From Bacteroidales bacterium UBA4243 (GTDB lineage: Bacteria; Bacteroidota; Bacteroidia; Bacteroidales; F082), in assembly GCA_002396205.1 (NCBI GenBank), contig DGXB01000098.1:11819-75818 (forward strand): 64,000 nt of DNA, in the 5' to 3' direction. A program made the position numbers and the translations under genes. Positions within the stretch are counted from its first letter, which is position 1, and each line of letters opens with the position of its first letter. Positions 44,524 to 53,851 of this stretch are shown in pieces. Below the pieces are notes generated by a model, which saw only the letters and a program-made list of their open reading frames with translations, ran no database searches and was not told where the DNA came from.

Positions 44524-45168
44524 ATGCCCCGCCGCATCTTCCTTATTGTCACGATGTTGCTCATCGGTTTTGCCAAAGCCGAAGCCCAAAATGTCGTGTT
44601 TGACACCGTTGGCAATGCCGTGCTCAGCGCCGACACCATCGTCAAGGAAGAGAAGGCAACCAAAAAGACAGTCAAAGCCCAAAAGCCACACAATCCCAAG
44701 AAAGCCACCATCATGTCGGCCTTGCTGCCAGGTTTGGGACAAATCTACAACGGCAAATGGTGGAAAGTGCCCATCGTTTATGCCGGTTTGGGCGGTTTGG
44801 GCTATTTGGTCTACAACAACAACTACGAATACCGATCCTATCTGCACGCCTACGAATACAAGACCGGCGACCTGCCCGACGGCGTGACCCTGAACGAACA
44901 CGAGGCTGATTTGGCCAACCGCTATGCCGCAAGCCAACTACAGACCTACAAGGAATCGTATCGCCGTGATTTTGAGTTTTATACTATCCTCACCATCGCG
45001 TGGTACGGTCTGCAAATCGTGGATGCCTGCGTCGACGGGCACCTCTATACCTACGACATCAGCGACGACCTCAGCCTCAACATCGACCCCTATTTAAGGC
45101 CAGTTGAACAACCGATAATGATACCGCAATACGCCCAAGTGGGACTATCGCTTAAACTGAATTTCTAA
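44524..45168 (+). CDS. DUF5683 membrane protein
   Basis: Signal-like start MPRRIFLIVTMLLIGFAKAEAQ. LLPGLGQIYNGKWWKVPIVYAGLGG is the DUF5683 signature. Confidence 0.7.
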   Translation: MPRRIFLIVTMLLIGFAKAEAQNVVFDTVGNAVLSADTIVKEEKATKKTVKAQKPHNPKKATIMSALLPGLGQIYNGKWWKVPIVYAGLGGLGYLVYNNNYEYRSYLHAYEYKTGDLPDGVTLNEHEADLANRYAASQLQTYKESYRRDFEFYTILTIAWYGLQIVDACVDGHLYTYDISDDLSLNIDPYLRPVEQPIMIPQYAQVGLSLKLNF

Positions 45169-45328
45169 TGTAAACAAAACCTACAAAACATGCAAAACAA
45201 CCTATCAAACCAAAGAGTGTCGACTGGCACAACCGTGCAGTCGCAAGGAAACCGCCGGTTGGCGGGTTTCCAAAAAGACCCAAAGAAGTTTTAGCAGTTT
45301 TGAAAGTTTTGTTCCAAAAACACAAACC

Positions 45329-46057
45329 ATGAAAATAGCAATCATCGGATACGGAAAGATGGGCCACGAGGTGGAACAAGCCGCCCTCGCCCGCCAGCAT
45401 GAAATCATCGTCACCATCGACAATGCCCAAGAATGGCAAGAACGCATTGAGCAACTGAAGCAGGCCGACGTCGCCATCGACTTCAGCCAGCCCGACCAAG
45501 TGGTGGCCAACATCCACCGCTGCTTCGACCTGCACATCCCAATTGTCGTTGGCACCACGGCCTGGCAAGCACATTTCGACGAAATCAGGATGCGTTGCCT
45601 CAACGAGAGCCAAAGCCTCTTCCACGCACCTAATTTCAGCATCGGGATGAACATCATGTTCCTGCTCAACAAACAGTTGGCACGATTTGCCGAGCAATAC
45701 GGCTATCAACTTTCTTTGGCCGAGACCCATCACATCCACAAGTTGGACAAGCCCAGCGGCACCGCCGTGAAACTGGCCAACGACATCCTCAGCGTCAACC
45801 ACGACTACGACCATTGGAGCATCGACGCGCCCACCGACCACACCTTATATATTAACGTGACCCGCATCGGCGAGGTGAACGGTATCCACAGCGTGGTGGC
45901 CGACTCCGAGGCCGACCGCCTCACCCTCACCCACGAAGCCTACAACCGCAAGGGCTTCGCCTTCGGTGCCATCGCCGCAGCGGAGTTCCTGCTCGGCAAG
46001 ACAGGCTGTTACTCGATGGAGGACTTGATGGGGAATATCTTTTCCGACCCGAAATAA
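45329..46057 (+). CDS. dapB: 4-hydroxy-tetrahydrodipicolinate reductase
   Basis: 242 aa with MKIAIIGYGKMG, ETHHIHKLDKPSGTA and the DapB C-terminal pattern. Confidence 0.93.
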   Translation: MKIAIIGYGKMGHEVEQAALARQHEIIVTIDNAQEWQERIEQLKQADVAIDFSQPDQVVANIHRCFDLHIPIVVGTTAWQAHFDEIRMRCLNESQSLFHAPNFSIGMNIMFLLNKQLARFAEQYGYQLSLAETHHIHKLDKPSGTAVKLANDILSVNHDYDHWSIDAPTDHTLYINVTRIGEVNGIHSVVADSEADRLTLTHEAYNRKGFAFGAIAAAEFLLGKTGCYSMEDLMGNIFSDPK

Positions 46058-46101
46058 TATTTCACCCCTTTTCGCGTTAGCAAGTAAACTCAATAAACGA
46101 C

Positions 46102-47616
46102 ATGTCATTATTATTGTTCATCCTCATCGTTCCGGCGCTGTTCACCATCCCGTTTGCATTCTGCTGGAAGCAGTTCGAAGCCGCCGGACAAAAGGGCTAC
46201 TACAGCCTCATCCCCTACTACAACATCTATATCATGCTGAAAATCATCGGCAAAGAGAAAAAGTTCTGGTGGTGGTTCTTCATCGTCTTCCCCTACATCA
46301 ACATCTTCATGCTTTTGCTCATGCTCGTCGAATTGGGCAAATGCTTCGGACGGTTCAAGGTCTGGGAGGAAGGTATGGCCGCCATCCTGCCGTTCATTTT
46401 CTTCCCCATCATCGCCAAAGACGACAAATACCAAGACCCCGCCACGGCCACACGACCCAAGAAGTCGACTGCACGCGAGTGGTTTGATGCCATCATCTTT
46501 GCCGTCGTCGCCGCATTGATTATCCGTACCTACGTCTTCGAGATGTTCACCATCCCCACTTCGAGTATGGAGAAATCGTTGTGCGTTGGTGATTACTTGG
46601 TTGTCAGCAAGATACACTATGGCCCCAAAGGGCAAAACACGCCGCTTTCGTTCCCCTTCGTGCACAACACTTTGCCAGGAAGCAAGACCGCGAAATCCTA
46701 TTTGGAATGGATCAAGTTGCCCTACCACCGCTATCCAGGCGTGACAACGATGAAACGCTACGACCCCATCGTGTTCAACTACCCTGCCGGCGACACGGTG
46801 TGCGACATCTTCCAAAGCAGCATCAGCTACTACGACCTCGTGCGCGAATACGGTCGCAAGAAGGTTTGGAGCGACCACCAAAACTTCGGCAAGGTCATCA
46901 GTCATCCCGTCGACAAGCGTGAAAACTACGTGAAACGCCTCATCGGTATGCCTGGAGATAGCTTGAAAATTGTTGACGGAGTGGTGTTTATCAACGGTGA
47001 AAAAGCCTTTGAACCCGAAAACATGCAGCACAACTACACCGTGGTGACCACCACGGGCGGCATCAACAAGCAGGTTTTGGACAAATATAGCATCACGGAA
47101 GGATATCGCACCGCCGACCCCAACACCTTCATCCTCAACATCAGCGCGAAGGTGGCCGATGAACTCATCAAGCTGCCATTCGTCACTTCGGTGATGCGCA
47201 ACATCCAAGCCCCTGGGCAAGGCACTTCGACCAGCCTCTTCCCCAACCGCCCCGACCTCTATCCTTGGAACGTCGACAACTTCGGCCCGATTTATATCCC
47301 AAAGAAAGGCGAAACGGTGAAGCTCGACCTCAACACCTTGCCGCTTTACGAGCGCATCATTCATGCCTACGAGTTGCACGACGTGAAGGTGGAAGGCAAC
47401 CAAATCCTCATCGACGGACAGCCTGCCGACAGCTACACCTTTGCGATGGACTACTATTGGATGATGGGCGACAACCGCCACAACTCCGCCGACTCGCGCT
47501 ATTGGGGCTATGTGCCCGAAGACCACATCGTCGGCAAGCCTATTCTCGTCTGGCTTTCTTTGGATAAGGAAAACGGCGGCATCCGCTGGAACAGGATGTT
47601 CAGGATTCCGAAATAG
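46102..47616 (+). CDS. lepB: Signal peptidase I (S26) with N-terminal DUF5684-like membrane module
   Basis: 504 aa with IPTSSMEKSL (catalytic Ser), VKRLIGMPGD and GDNRHNSADSRYWG. Confidence 0.92.
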   Translation: MSLLLFILIVPALFTIPFAFCWKQFEAAGQKGYYSLIPYYNIYIMLKIIGKEKKFWWWFFIVFPYINIFMLLLMLVELGKCFGRFKVWEEGMAAILPFIFFPIIAKDDKYQDPATATRPKKSTAREWFDAIIFAVVAALIIRTYVFEMFTIPTSSMEKSLCVGDYLVVSKIHYGPKGQNTPLSFPFVHNTLPGSKTAKSYLEWIKLPYHRYPGVTTMKRYDPIVFNYPAGDTVCDIFQSSISYYDLVREYGRKKVWSDHQNFGKVISHPVDKRENYVKRLIGMPGDSLKIVDGVVFINGEKAFEPENMQHNYTVVTTTGGINKQVLDKYSITEGYRTADPNTFILNISAKVADELIKLPFVTSVMRNIQAPGQGTSTSLFPNRPDLYPWNVDNFGPIYIPKKGETVKLDLNTLPLYERIIHAYELHDVKVEGNQILIDGQPADSYTFAMDYYWMMGDNRHNSADSRYWGYVPEDHIVGKPILVWLSLDKENGGIRWNRMFRIPK

Positions 47617-47641
47617 TTTTCATGTTCCGCTTCGATTAACC

Positions 47642-47682
47642 AAAACAATCTTACAAAAATCGTAAGATTGTTTTGTTTTTTT
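47642..47682 (+). terminator. Intrinsic terminator after lepB
   Basis: aaaacaatcttac-aaaaatc-gtaagattgtttt followed by gttttttt. Confidence 0.8.
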
Positions 47683-47695
47683 GTAAGAATTGTTG

Positions 47696-47703
47696 TAACT
47701 TTG
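47696..47703 (+). promoter_or_regulatory. -7 box TAACTTTG (higB-higA)
   Basis: Match located 25 nt before ATG 47729. Confidence 0.5.
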
Positions 47704-47728
47704 CAGCGCAAACGGTACAGTACGCAAA

Positions 47729-48025
47729 ATGAGAATCATCGCAAAAAACACAATAGTAGAGTATTACACCAAAAATCCTCAAGCGAAATCAGCTTTGACG
47801 GAATGGTACGAAAAAACCGATAAAGCCGAATGGCAAAGCCTCGCCGACATCAAACAGACTTTCAACTCCGTCGATTATGTTGGCAATCAGCACTATGTGT
47901 TCAATATTAAAGGCAATGATTATCGTTTGGTAGTTGTTGTAAAATTCACCCCGAAAAATGTCTACATCCGCTTTATAGGCACTCATGCAGAATATGACAG
48001 AATCGAGGACATCAAAAACATTTGA
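47729..48025 (+). CDS. higB: HigB-family type II toxin (mRNA interferase)
   Basis: 98 aa. The VFNIKGNDYRLVVVVKF...VYIRFIGTHAEYDRI pattern is HigB-like. The islet is AT-rich. Confidence 0.8.
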   Translation: MRIIAKNTIVEYYTKNPQAKSALTEWYEKTDKAEWQSLADIKQTFNSVDYVGNQHYVFNIKGNDYRLVVVVKFTPKNVYIRFIGTHAEYDRIEDIKNI

Positions 48026-48028
48026 GTT

Positions 48029-48397
48029 ATGGCACAGATTAAGACAGAAAAAGAATACAAGGCAGCAATGGCTCGCATTGACGAGTTACTTCCACTCACT
48101 TGGCTGGATGGAACGCCAGAAGACTCGCCAGAAAACATTGAGTTGGAACTACTTTCCGAACTTGTCGCAGAATATGAGGATATCCATTATCCCATTGGCA
48201 AACCTTCACTTATCGACATTATCAAGTTGCGCATGTACGAGATGGGCCTTTCGCAAAAGGCCATTGCAGCATTGCTCGGCATCAGCGAACCTCGCATGAG
48301 CGAAATCATGCATGGAAAGGTTGAGCCTTCTCTGTCGCTTGCAAGAAACATAAGTCGAAAACTAAATATTGACGCAGGTATAGTTTTAGGAGTTTGA
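48029..48397 (+). CDS. higA: HigA-family antitoxin (XRE-type HTH)
   Basis: 122 aa, starting 3 nt after higB. The C-terminal HTH is MGLSQKAIAALLGISEPRMSEIMHGK. Confidence 0.8.
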   Translation: MAQIKTEKEYKAAMARIDELLPLTWLDGTPEDSPENIELELLSELVAEYEDIHYPIGKPSLIDIIKLRMYEMGLSQKAIAALLGISEPRMSEIMHGKVEPSLSLARNISRKLNIDAGIVLGV

Positions 48398-48445
48398 GGT
48401 AGATTTTCTATCAAAAGACACCGTTCTTAAACCAACAATTTTGCG

Positions 48446-48453
48446 TACCTTTG
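48446..48453 (+). promoter_or_regulatory. -7 box TACCTTTG (ftsK)
   Basis: Match located 22 nt before ATG 48476. Confidence 0.5.
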
Positions 48454-48475
48454 CACTTCAAAACGAAGACAGAAA

Positions 48476-51217
48476 ATGAGCGCAGGAAACAACCGCAAAG
48501 AAAACACTTTCAAGAAGAAGCAACCCGAGCCAGAGCCGATAGACGAGTTGCCCGAAATCATAGAGGCACCCAAAGAGGACAAGCCAAAAAAGGAGTCGCC
48601 GAAAAAAGCCGAAAAGCCCTCAAAAGACAAAACGCCCAAAAGGCAAAAGCCCGAAAAGGAACAAAGCCCCAACGATGGCCGCATCCAGCGCATCATCGGT
48701 GTCCTATTCATCTGTCTGGCCGTATTCCTTGGCCTCGCCTTGGTGTCCTACTTGGTGAGTTTCTTCAGCGGACACCATCAAGAGTTTGGCTACCAAATAT
48801 TTAGCCAAAAAGTCAACATTGAGAACCGCACTGGGCGCGCTGGCGTTTTCCTCGCCCAAACCCTCATCAAAGAGTCGTTTGGCATTGGATCGGTATTCTT
48901 CGTTTACCTGCTGACGCTCATTGGGTTGCGCCTCATCGGCACGGCCAAGATAAAGATGTGGAATGTTTGGAAATGGGCACTTTTGAGCTTGGTTTGGCTG
49001 CCTTTGTTTTTCGGATTCCTCGCGGGACCGAGATGCGCCGTTCCGTGGTGCGCCATCTTGGGAGGAGCAGTGGGAATGTGGCTCAACATCATCTTGGACA
49101 CCTACATCGGCTGGGTTGGCACGCTGCTGGTACTCATCTTCCTGTTCCTCGTCTTCGCCGTCTACCAGTTCAACCTCACGCTCAACTATTTCAAGCAGTT
49201 GCGCGAAAAACGCGAAGAAGAACGCCGCAAGCAAGCCGCTCTCATCGCCGAACAACGCATCAAGGAAGAACTTGAAAGAGAAGAAAGGGAAAAGGAAAAC
49301 GGAAACGAAAAGCAAAACGAGAACCAAATCGTCGACAAGCCTAACCCCTTTGCCCATGACAACGACCCCGACGACAGCCCCAACCTGCCTCCCGTCACAG
49401 CCTTCACCAAAGACCCTGACTTGGTCATTGTCAACCCATTACGCGACGATGACAGCCAAGAACACAAGGAAAACGTGATTGTTAAGCCCAAGGAAAAAGA
49501 AAGCGAGCAAGAACAGACCCCTGAAATCATCTTGGATCCCATAGTGACCACCTCAAACGAGGCCAAACCTGAAACCGCCCCAACCGAAACACCTGACAAC
49601 GAGCCCGAAAGCGAGATAAAGCTGGAAATCGAGGAAACGCCCAAGGAAGTGACCGTCGAGAAAGACAAACCCATCGACCATTTCACCATCGACATGCCTT
49701 TCGACCCACGCTACGAGTTGCGCGACTACAAGTTCCCCACGCTCGACATGCTCAACGACTACGGCGGGAAGAAGTCGGAAATCAACGAGGAGGAACTGAA
49801 CGCCAACAAGAACAAAATCGTGGAGACCTTGGGCAACTACGGCATCGCCATCGACAAGATCAAGGCGACCATCGGCCCAACGGTCACGCTTTACGAAATC
49901 ATTCCCGCCCCAGGTATCCGCATCTCAAAAATCAAGAATTTGGAGGACGACATCGCGCTGAGCCTCGCCGCCTTGGGCATCCGTATCATCGCGCCCATCC
50001 CAGGCAAAGGCACCATCGGTATCGAAGTGCCGAACAGCAAGCCCGAAACCGTCTCGATGCGCAGCGTTTTGAGTTCCGAAAAGTTCCAACACTCGAAATA
50101 TGCCCTGCCTTGCGCCATCGGCAAGACCATCTCCAACGAGACCTATGTGTTCGATTTGGCCAAGATGCCGCACATCCTGATGGCTGGTGCCACTGGACAA
50201 GGTAAGTCAGTGGGACTGAACGCAATAGTCGCTTCGTTGCTCTATAGCAAGCACCCCGCTGAACTGAAATTCGTGATGGTGGACCCGAAAAAGGTGGAAT
50301 TGACGCTCTACAACCGCATTGAGCGCCATTATTTGGCAAAACTCCCTGATTCTGAAGACGCTATCATCACCGATGTGAAGAAAGTAGTGCGCACGCTCAA
50401 CTCATTGTGCGTCGAGATGGATGCGCGTTACGACCTGCTGAAAGCTGCCGAGTGCCGCAACATCATCGAATACAACGAGAAGTTCAAGGCTCGCCGCCTA
50501 CTTCCTACTGAAGGCCACCGTTTCCTGCCCTATATCGTACTCATCGTCGACGAGTTTGCCGACCTTATCATGACCGCAGGCCGCGAGGTGGAACAGCCCA
50601 TCGCCCGCTTGGCCCAGTTGGCACGCGCCATCGGCATCCACTTGATCATCGCAACGCAACGTCCTTCCGTCAATGTCATCACGGGTTCCATCAAGGCCAA
50701 CTTCCCTGCGCGTATCGCTTTCCGCGTCATCTCAGCCGTCGACTCCAAGACCATCCTCGACCAAAGCGGCGCCAACCAGCTCATCGGTCGCGGCGACATG
50801 TTGCTTTCGACGGGCAACGAGCTGGTGCGTCTGCAATGCGCCTTCATCGACACGCCTGAAGTGGAAACCGTCACCGAGTTCATCGGAGCCCAACGCGGTT
50901 TCGCCACGCCTTACGAGCTGCCCGATGTACCTGAAGAAGGCGGCGATGCACCTGACGTAGAGGAAGACGGCGAGCGCGACAGCCTCTTCGAGGAAGCCGC
51001 CCGTATCGTGGTGCAAACCCAACAAGGGTCCACCTCGATGATCCAGCGCAAGCTGAAACTCGGCTACAACCGCGCAGGTCGCATCATCGACCAATTGGAG
51101 GCCGCTGGCATCGTCGGGCCGTTCTCGGGCAGCAAATCGCGCGAAGTGAAAGTGGGCACCGAAGCCGCTTTGGAACAGATTTTGCAGGACATCTACAACA
51201 AAGACAACGGAATCTGA
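48476..51217 (+). CDS. ftsK: DNA translocase FtsK/SpoIIIE
   Basis: 913 aa with N-terminal TM segments, an acidic/K-rich linker, the motor domain GATGQGKSV ... LIVDEFADL, and a gamma-domain winged helix. Confidence 0.96.
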   Translation: MSAGNNRKENTFKKKQPEPEPIDELPEIIEAPKEDKPKKESPKKAEKPSKDKTPKRQKPEKEQSPNDGRIQRIIGVLFICLAVFLGLALVSYLVSFFSGHHQEFGYQIFSQKVNIENRTGRAGVFLAQTLIKESFGIGSVFFVYLLTLIGLRLIGTAKIKMWNVWKWALLSLVWLPLFFGFLAGPRCAVPWCAILGGAVGMWLNIILDTYIGWVGTLLVLIFLFLVFAVYQFNLTLNYFKQLREKREEERRKQAALIAEQRIKEELEREEREKENGNEKQNENQIVDKPNPFAHDNDPDDSPNLPPVTAFTKDPDLVIVNPLRDDDSQEHKENVIVKPKEKESEQEQTPEIILDPIVTTSNEAKPETAPTETPDNEPESEIKLEIEETPKEVTVEKDKPIDHFTIDMPFDPRYELRDYKFPTLDMLNDYGGKKSEINEEELNANKNKIVETLGNYGIAIDKIKATIGPTVTLYEIIPAPGIRISKIKNLEDDIALSLAALGIRIIAPIPGKGTIGIEVPNSKPETVSMRSVLSSEKFQHSKYALPCAIGKTISNETYVFDLAKMPHILMAGATGQGKSVGLNAIVASLLYSKHPAELKFVMVDPKKVELTLYNRIERHYLAKLPDSEDAIITDVKKVVRTLNSLCVEMDARYDLLKAAECRNIIEYNEKFKARRLLPTEGHRFLPYIVLIVDEFADLIMTAGREVEQPIARLAQLARAIGIHLIIATQRPSVNVITGSIKANFPARIAFRVISAVDSKTILDQSGANQLIGRGDMLLSTGNELVRLQCAFIDTPEVETVTEFIGAQRGFATPYELPDVPEEGGDAPDVEEDGERDSLFEEAARIVVQTQQGSTSMIQRKLKLGYNRAGRIIDQLEAAGIVGPFSGSKSREVKVGTEAALEQILQDIYNKDNGI

Positions 51218-51219
51218 CA

Positions 51220-51849
51220 ATGAAAATGAAAACGAAAAACATCATCGCCTGCCTGTTCCTTTTGTTTGCAACACAGGCACTTACAGCACAAAACAACGCA
51301 GACATGCTTATCCGTCTCGTGGTCGACCAACTGAAGAGCCACAAGAATGTTGAGATGGTTTTCAACTACCAAATCAGTCCCGATGGGAAAAACCTGGGCG
51401 AAAGCGAAAAAGGCCATGCTTGGCTTCAAGGCGAAGCCTACAAGATTGAAATGGCCAACCAGCAAACCATCAGCGATGGCAAGACCATTTGGTCGTATCT
51501 TATTGAAGATGAGGAAGTCATGGTCAGCAATGCCACCGATGGCACCGACAACACGCCCCTGAAGCTCCTCACCTCGCTGGACGAAAGCTATGTGGCCACA
51601 CTAACCGGCATCAATGCGCAAGGTCTTGCCGCCATCGAATTGGCTAACCCAAAGGGGCAATACAAGCGCGTCACCTTGAAAATCAACACGAAAAAGGTGG
51701 AATTGAAGAATGCCGACATCTACATGGAAGACGGCAGCAAGCTCGTCGTCAACGTGGAAGAAATGAAATTCGACCAAGAATTAGACGACAAATTCTTCAC
51801 CTTCGACACGAAAAAGCATCCCAAAGTGGACGTGATAGACATGCGATAA
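51220..51849 (+). CDS. lolA: LolA-like outer-membrane lipoprotein carrier/sorting protein
   Basis: 209 aa with a signal peptide. The LolA-fold pattern is GHAWLQGEAYKIEM...DGKTIWSY. Confidence 0.7.
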   Translation: MKMKTKNIIACLFLLFATQALTAQNNADMLIRLVVDQLKSHKNVEMVFNYQISPDGKNLGESEKGHAWLQGEAYKIEMANQQTISDGKTIWSYLIEDEEVMVSNATDGTDNTPLKLLTSLDESYVATLTGINAQGLAAIELANPKGQYKRVTLKINTKKVELKNADIYMEDGSKLVVNVEEMKFDQELDDKFFTFDTKKHPKVDVIDMR

Positions 51850-51879
51850 TGCAATAAAAACAAGACAACGGATGTTATT

Positions 51880-51907
51880 GTAGAGACGTGCCACGGCGCG
51901 TCTCTAC
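51880..51907. repeat. 28-bp palindromic repeat family, copy 4
   Basis: gtagagacgtgcca|cggcgcgtctctac has two mismatches. It lies between the lolA-like stop and the exbB start. Confidence 0.85.
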
Positions 51908-51953
51908 GACAAACGACAATGCAACAATCAACGATCAACAATTCAACAACAAT

Positions 51954-52652
51954 ATGAATCTCCTTCAAATCCAAGAGGCTGTCAACGACTTAGGTGCAGC
52001 CGCAGCAGAAACCGCAACCCAGCCTACGGAATTCAAGCTCTCCATCCTCGAACTCGCCACCAAAGGCGGCTGGATCATGATTCTTTTGGCCGTTTTGTCC
52101 ATCATCGCGGTCTACATCTTCATTGAAAGGTACATCGCCGTCAGCCGTGCCACGAAATACGACAACAGTTTTATGGAACGCATCCGCGAGTACATGAAAG
52201 ACGGCAAACTCGACTCCGCCAAGGCCTTGTGCCGTGGCAACTCCACTCCTATTTCACGTATGATTGAGAAAGGTCTATCACGCATTGGCAGACCTTTGGG
52301 CGACATCAACTCGGCCATCGAAAACGTTGGCAACCTGGAAGTCGCGCAATTGGAACGTGGCGTGAGCATTCTCGCCATGATTGCCAGTGCAGCCCCCATG
52401 ATTGGTTTCTTGGGCACGGTGACGGGCATGATTCGCGCATTCTACAACATGTCGATGGCCGGCAACAACATCGACATCTCACTGCTTTCGTCGGGCATCT
52501 ACGAAGCCATGGTGACCACCGTCGGCGGTCTGATTGTCGGCATCTTCGCCTATTTCTTCCACGCCATCCTCTCAAGCAAAATCCAGAAAGTCGTCAACCT
52601 GCTCGAAGCCAAGGCCACCGAGTTCATGGATGTTTTGAATGAACCCGCCTAA
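51954..52652 (+). CDS. exbB: MotA/TolQ/ExbB proton-channel protein
   Basis: APMIGFLGTVTGMI and the TM pattern fit this family. ATG 51954 is preferred because the track start 51888 lies inside the palindromic repeat at 51880-51907. Confidence 0.88.
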   Translation: MNLLQIQEAVNDLGAAAAETATQPTEFKLSILELATKGGWIMILLAVLSIIAVYIFIERYIAVSRATKYDNSFMERIREYMKDGKLDSAKALCRGNSTPISRMIEKGLSRIGRPLGDINSAIENVGNLEVAQLERGVSILAMIASAAPMIGFLGTVTGMIRAFYNMSMAGNNIDISLLSSGIYEAMVTTVGGLIVGIFAYFFHAILSSKIQKVVNLLEAKATEFMDVLNEPA

Positions 52653-52664
52653 AACCAGCGCATT

Positions 52665-53081
52665 ATGGCTATCAAATCAAGAAATAAGGTAGAGCCTACG
52701 TTCAACTCCTCTTCGATGTCGGACTTGGTGTTCCTGCTGCTGATTTTCTTCATGCTGACATCAACGTTGGTCGCGCCCAATGCCATCAAGCTGTTGCTGC
52801 CATCGAGCAACAGCAAGACCATGGCCAAGCAGACCGTCACCGTTTACGTCGACGAAAACTATCAATACCAAGTGAACGAAACCAAGGTGCTTGACGAAAC
52901 CCAACTCACAGACCTCATCAACACCGCCATTGGCAACGACTCGCAAGCCACCGTTGTACTCCGTTCGGACAAGACCGTACCCGTGCAATACATCGTCAAC
53001 GTGATTGATGCCGTCAACGAAATCAACAACGCGACAAGCAACAACCACAAAGTCATTTTGGCCACTTCGCCGAAAAAATAA
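52665..53081 (+). CDS. exbD: Biopolymer transporter ExbD/TolR
   Basis: 138 aa. SSMSDLVFLLLIFFML is the TM segment, and the periplasmic domain pattern follows. Confidence 0.88.
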   Translation: MAIKSRNKVEPTFNSSSMSDLVFLLLIFFMLTSTLVAPNAIKLLLPSSNSKTMAKQTVTVYVDENYQYQVNETKVLDETQLTDLINTAIGNDSQATVVLRSDKTVPVQYIVNVIDAVNEINNATSNNHKVILATSPKK

Positions 53082-53090
53082 GGAGGAACC

Positions 53091-53849
53091 ATGGACAACA
53101 AAGAGAAGAAAGACAAAGGCATAGCCGTGGCGGGAACCATAGTCGTGCACGCTTTGGCCGTGCTCGTTTTGTTCCTTATGGCCTTCAGGACGCCTTTGCC
53201 CCTACCCGGAGAGGAAGGCGTAGAGGTCGATTTGGGCATGATGGACCAAGGCATGGGCAACATCCAGCCCGAAAAGCCTGCCATCCCCATGGCCTCGCAA
53301 CCTGAGCAGCAACAGAGCAAGAGCAAGGAAGACATCGCCACCAGCAACGACGAAGAAGCTCCTGCGCTGGAAAAACCGAAAAACACCAAGCCAAAACAAG
53401 AAAAACCTGCCGAAGAGCCTAAGCCACAGGTGAACAAGAAAGCCTTGTTCAAAGGCAGCAACAACCCGCAGGCAGGCGGCTCGGAAGGTATCACCGGACA
53501 ACCTGGCGACCAAGGCAAGCCCAATGGATTGGCTGGAATCAAGAAATATGACGGCCAAGGCGGAAAAGGCAATGGCACGGGCTACGACCTCGGTGGCCGT
53601 GGCGCGAAGAGTCTGCACCGCCCCAACGACGACTTCAGCGAAGAAGGCATCGTCGTTGTCGACATTTGGGTCAACCGCTCTGGACAAGTCACCCGCGCAG
53701 AAGTGGCCACCAAAGGCACCACGCTGATCAACAGCGACATGCGCCAAAAAGCAAAACAAGCCGCCTTGCGTTCCACCTTCGCCGCCGACCCCGACGCTCC
53801 CGAAGAACAACACGGCACCATCACTTATACTTTCGTCATCAATCAATAA
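53091..53849 (+). CDS. tonB: Energy transducer TonB-family protein
   Basis: 252 aa with an N-terminal TM anchor, a P/K/E/Q-rich spacer and a C-terminal TonB domain (GIVVVDIWVNRSGQVTRAEV...GTITYTF). Confidence 0.85.
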   Translation: MDNKEKKDKGIAVAGTIVVHALAVLVLFLMAFRTPLPLPGEEGVEVDLGMMDQGMGNIQPEKPAIPMASQPEQQQSKSKEDIATSNDEEAPALEKPKNTKPKQEKPAEEPKPQVNKKALFKGSNNPQAGGSEGITGQPGDQGKPNGLAGIKKYDGQGGKGNGTGYDLGGRGAKSLHRPNDDFSEEGIVVVDIWVNRSGQVTRAEVATKGTTLINSDMRQKAKQAALRSTFAADPDAPEEQHGTITYTFVINQ

Positions 53850-53851
53850 CA

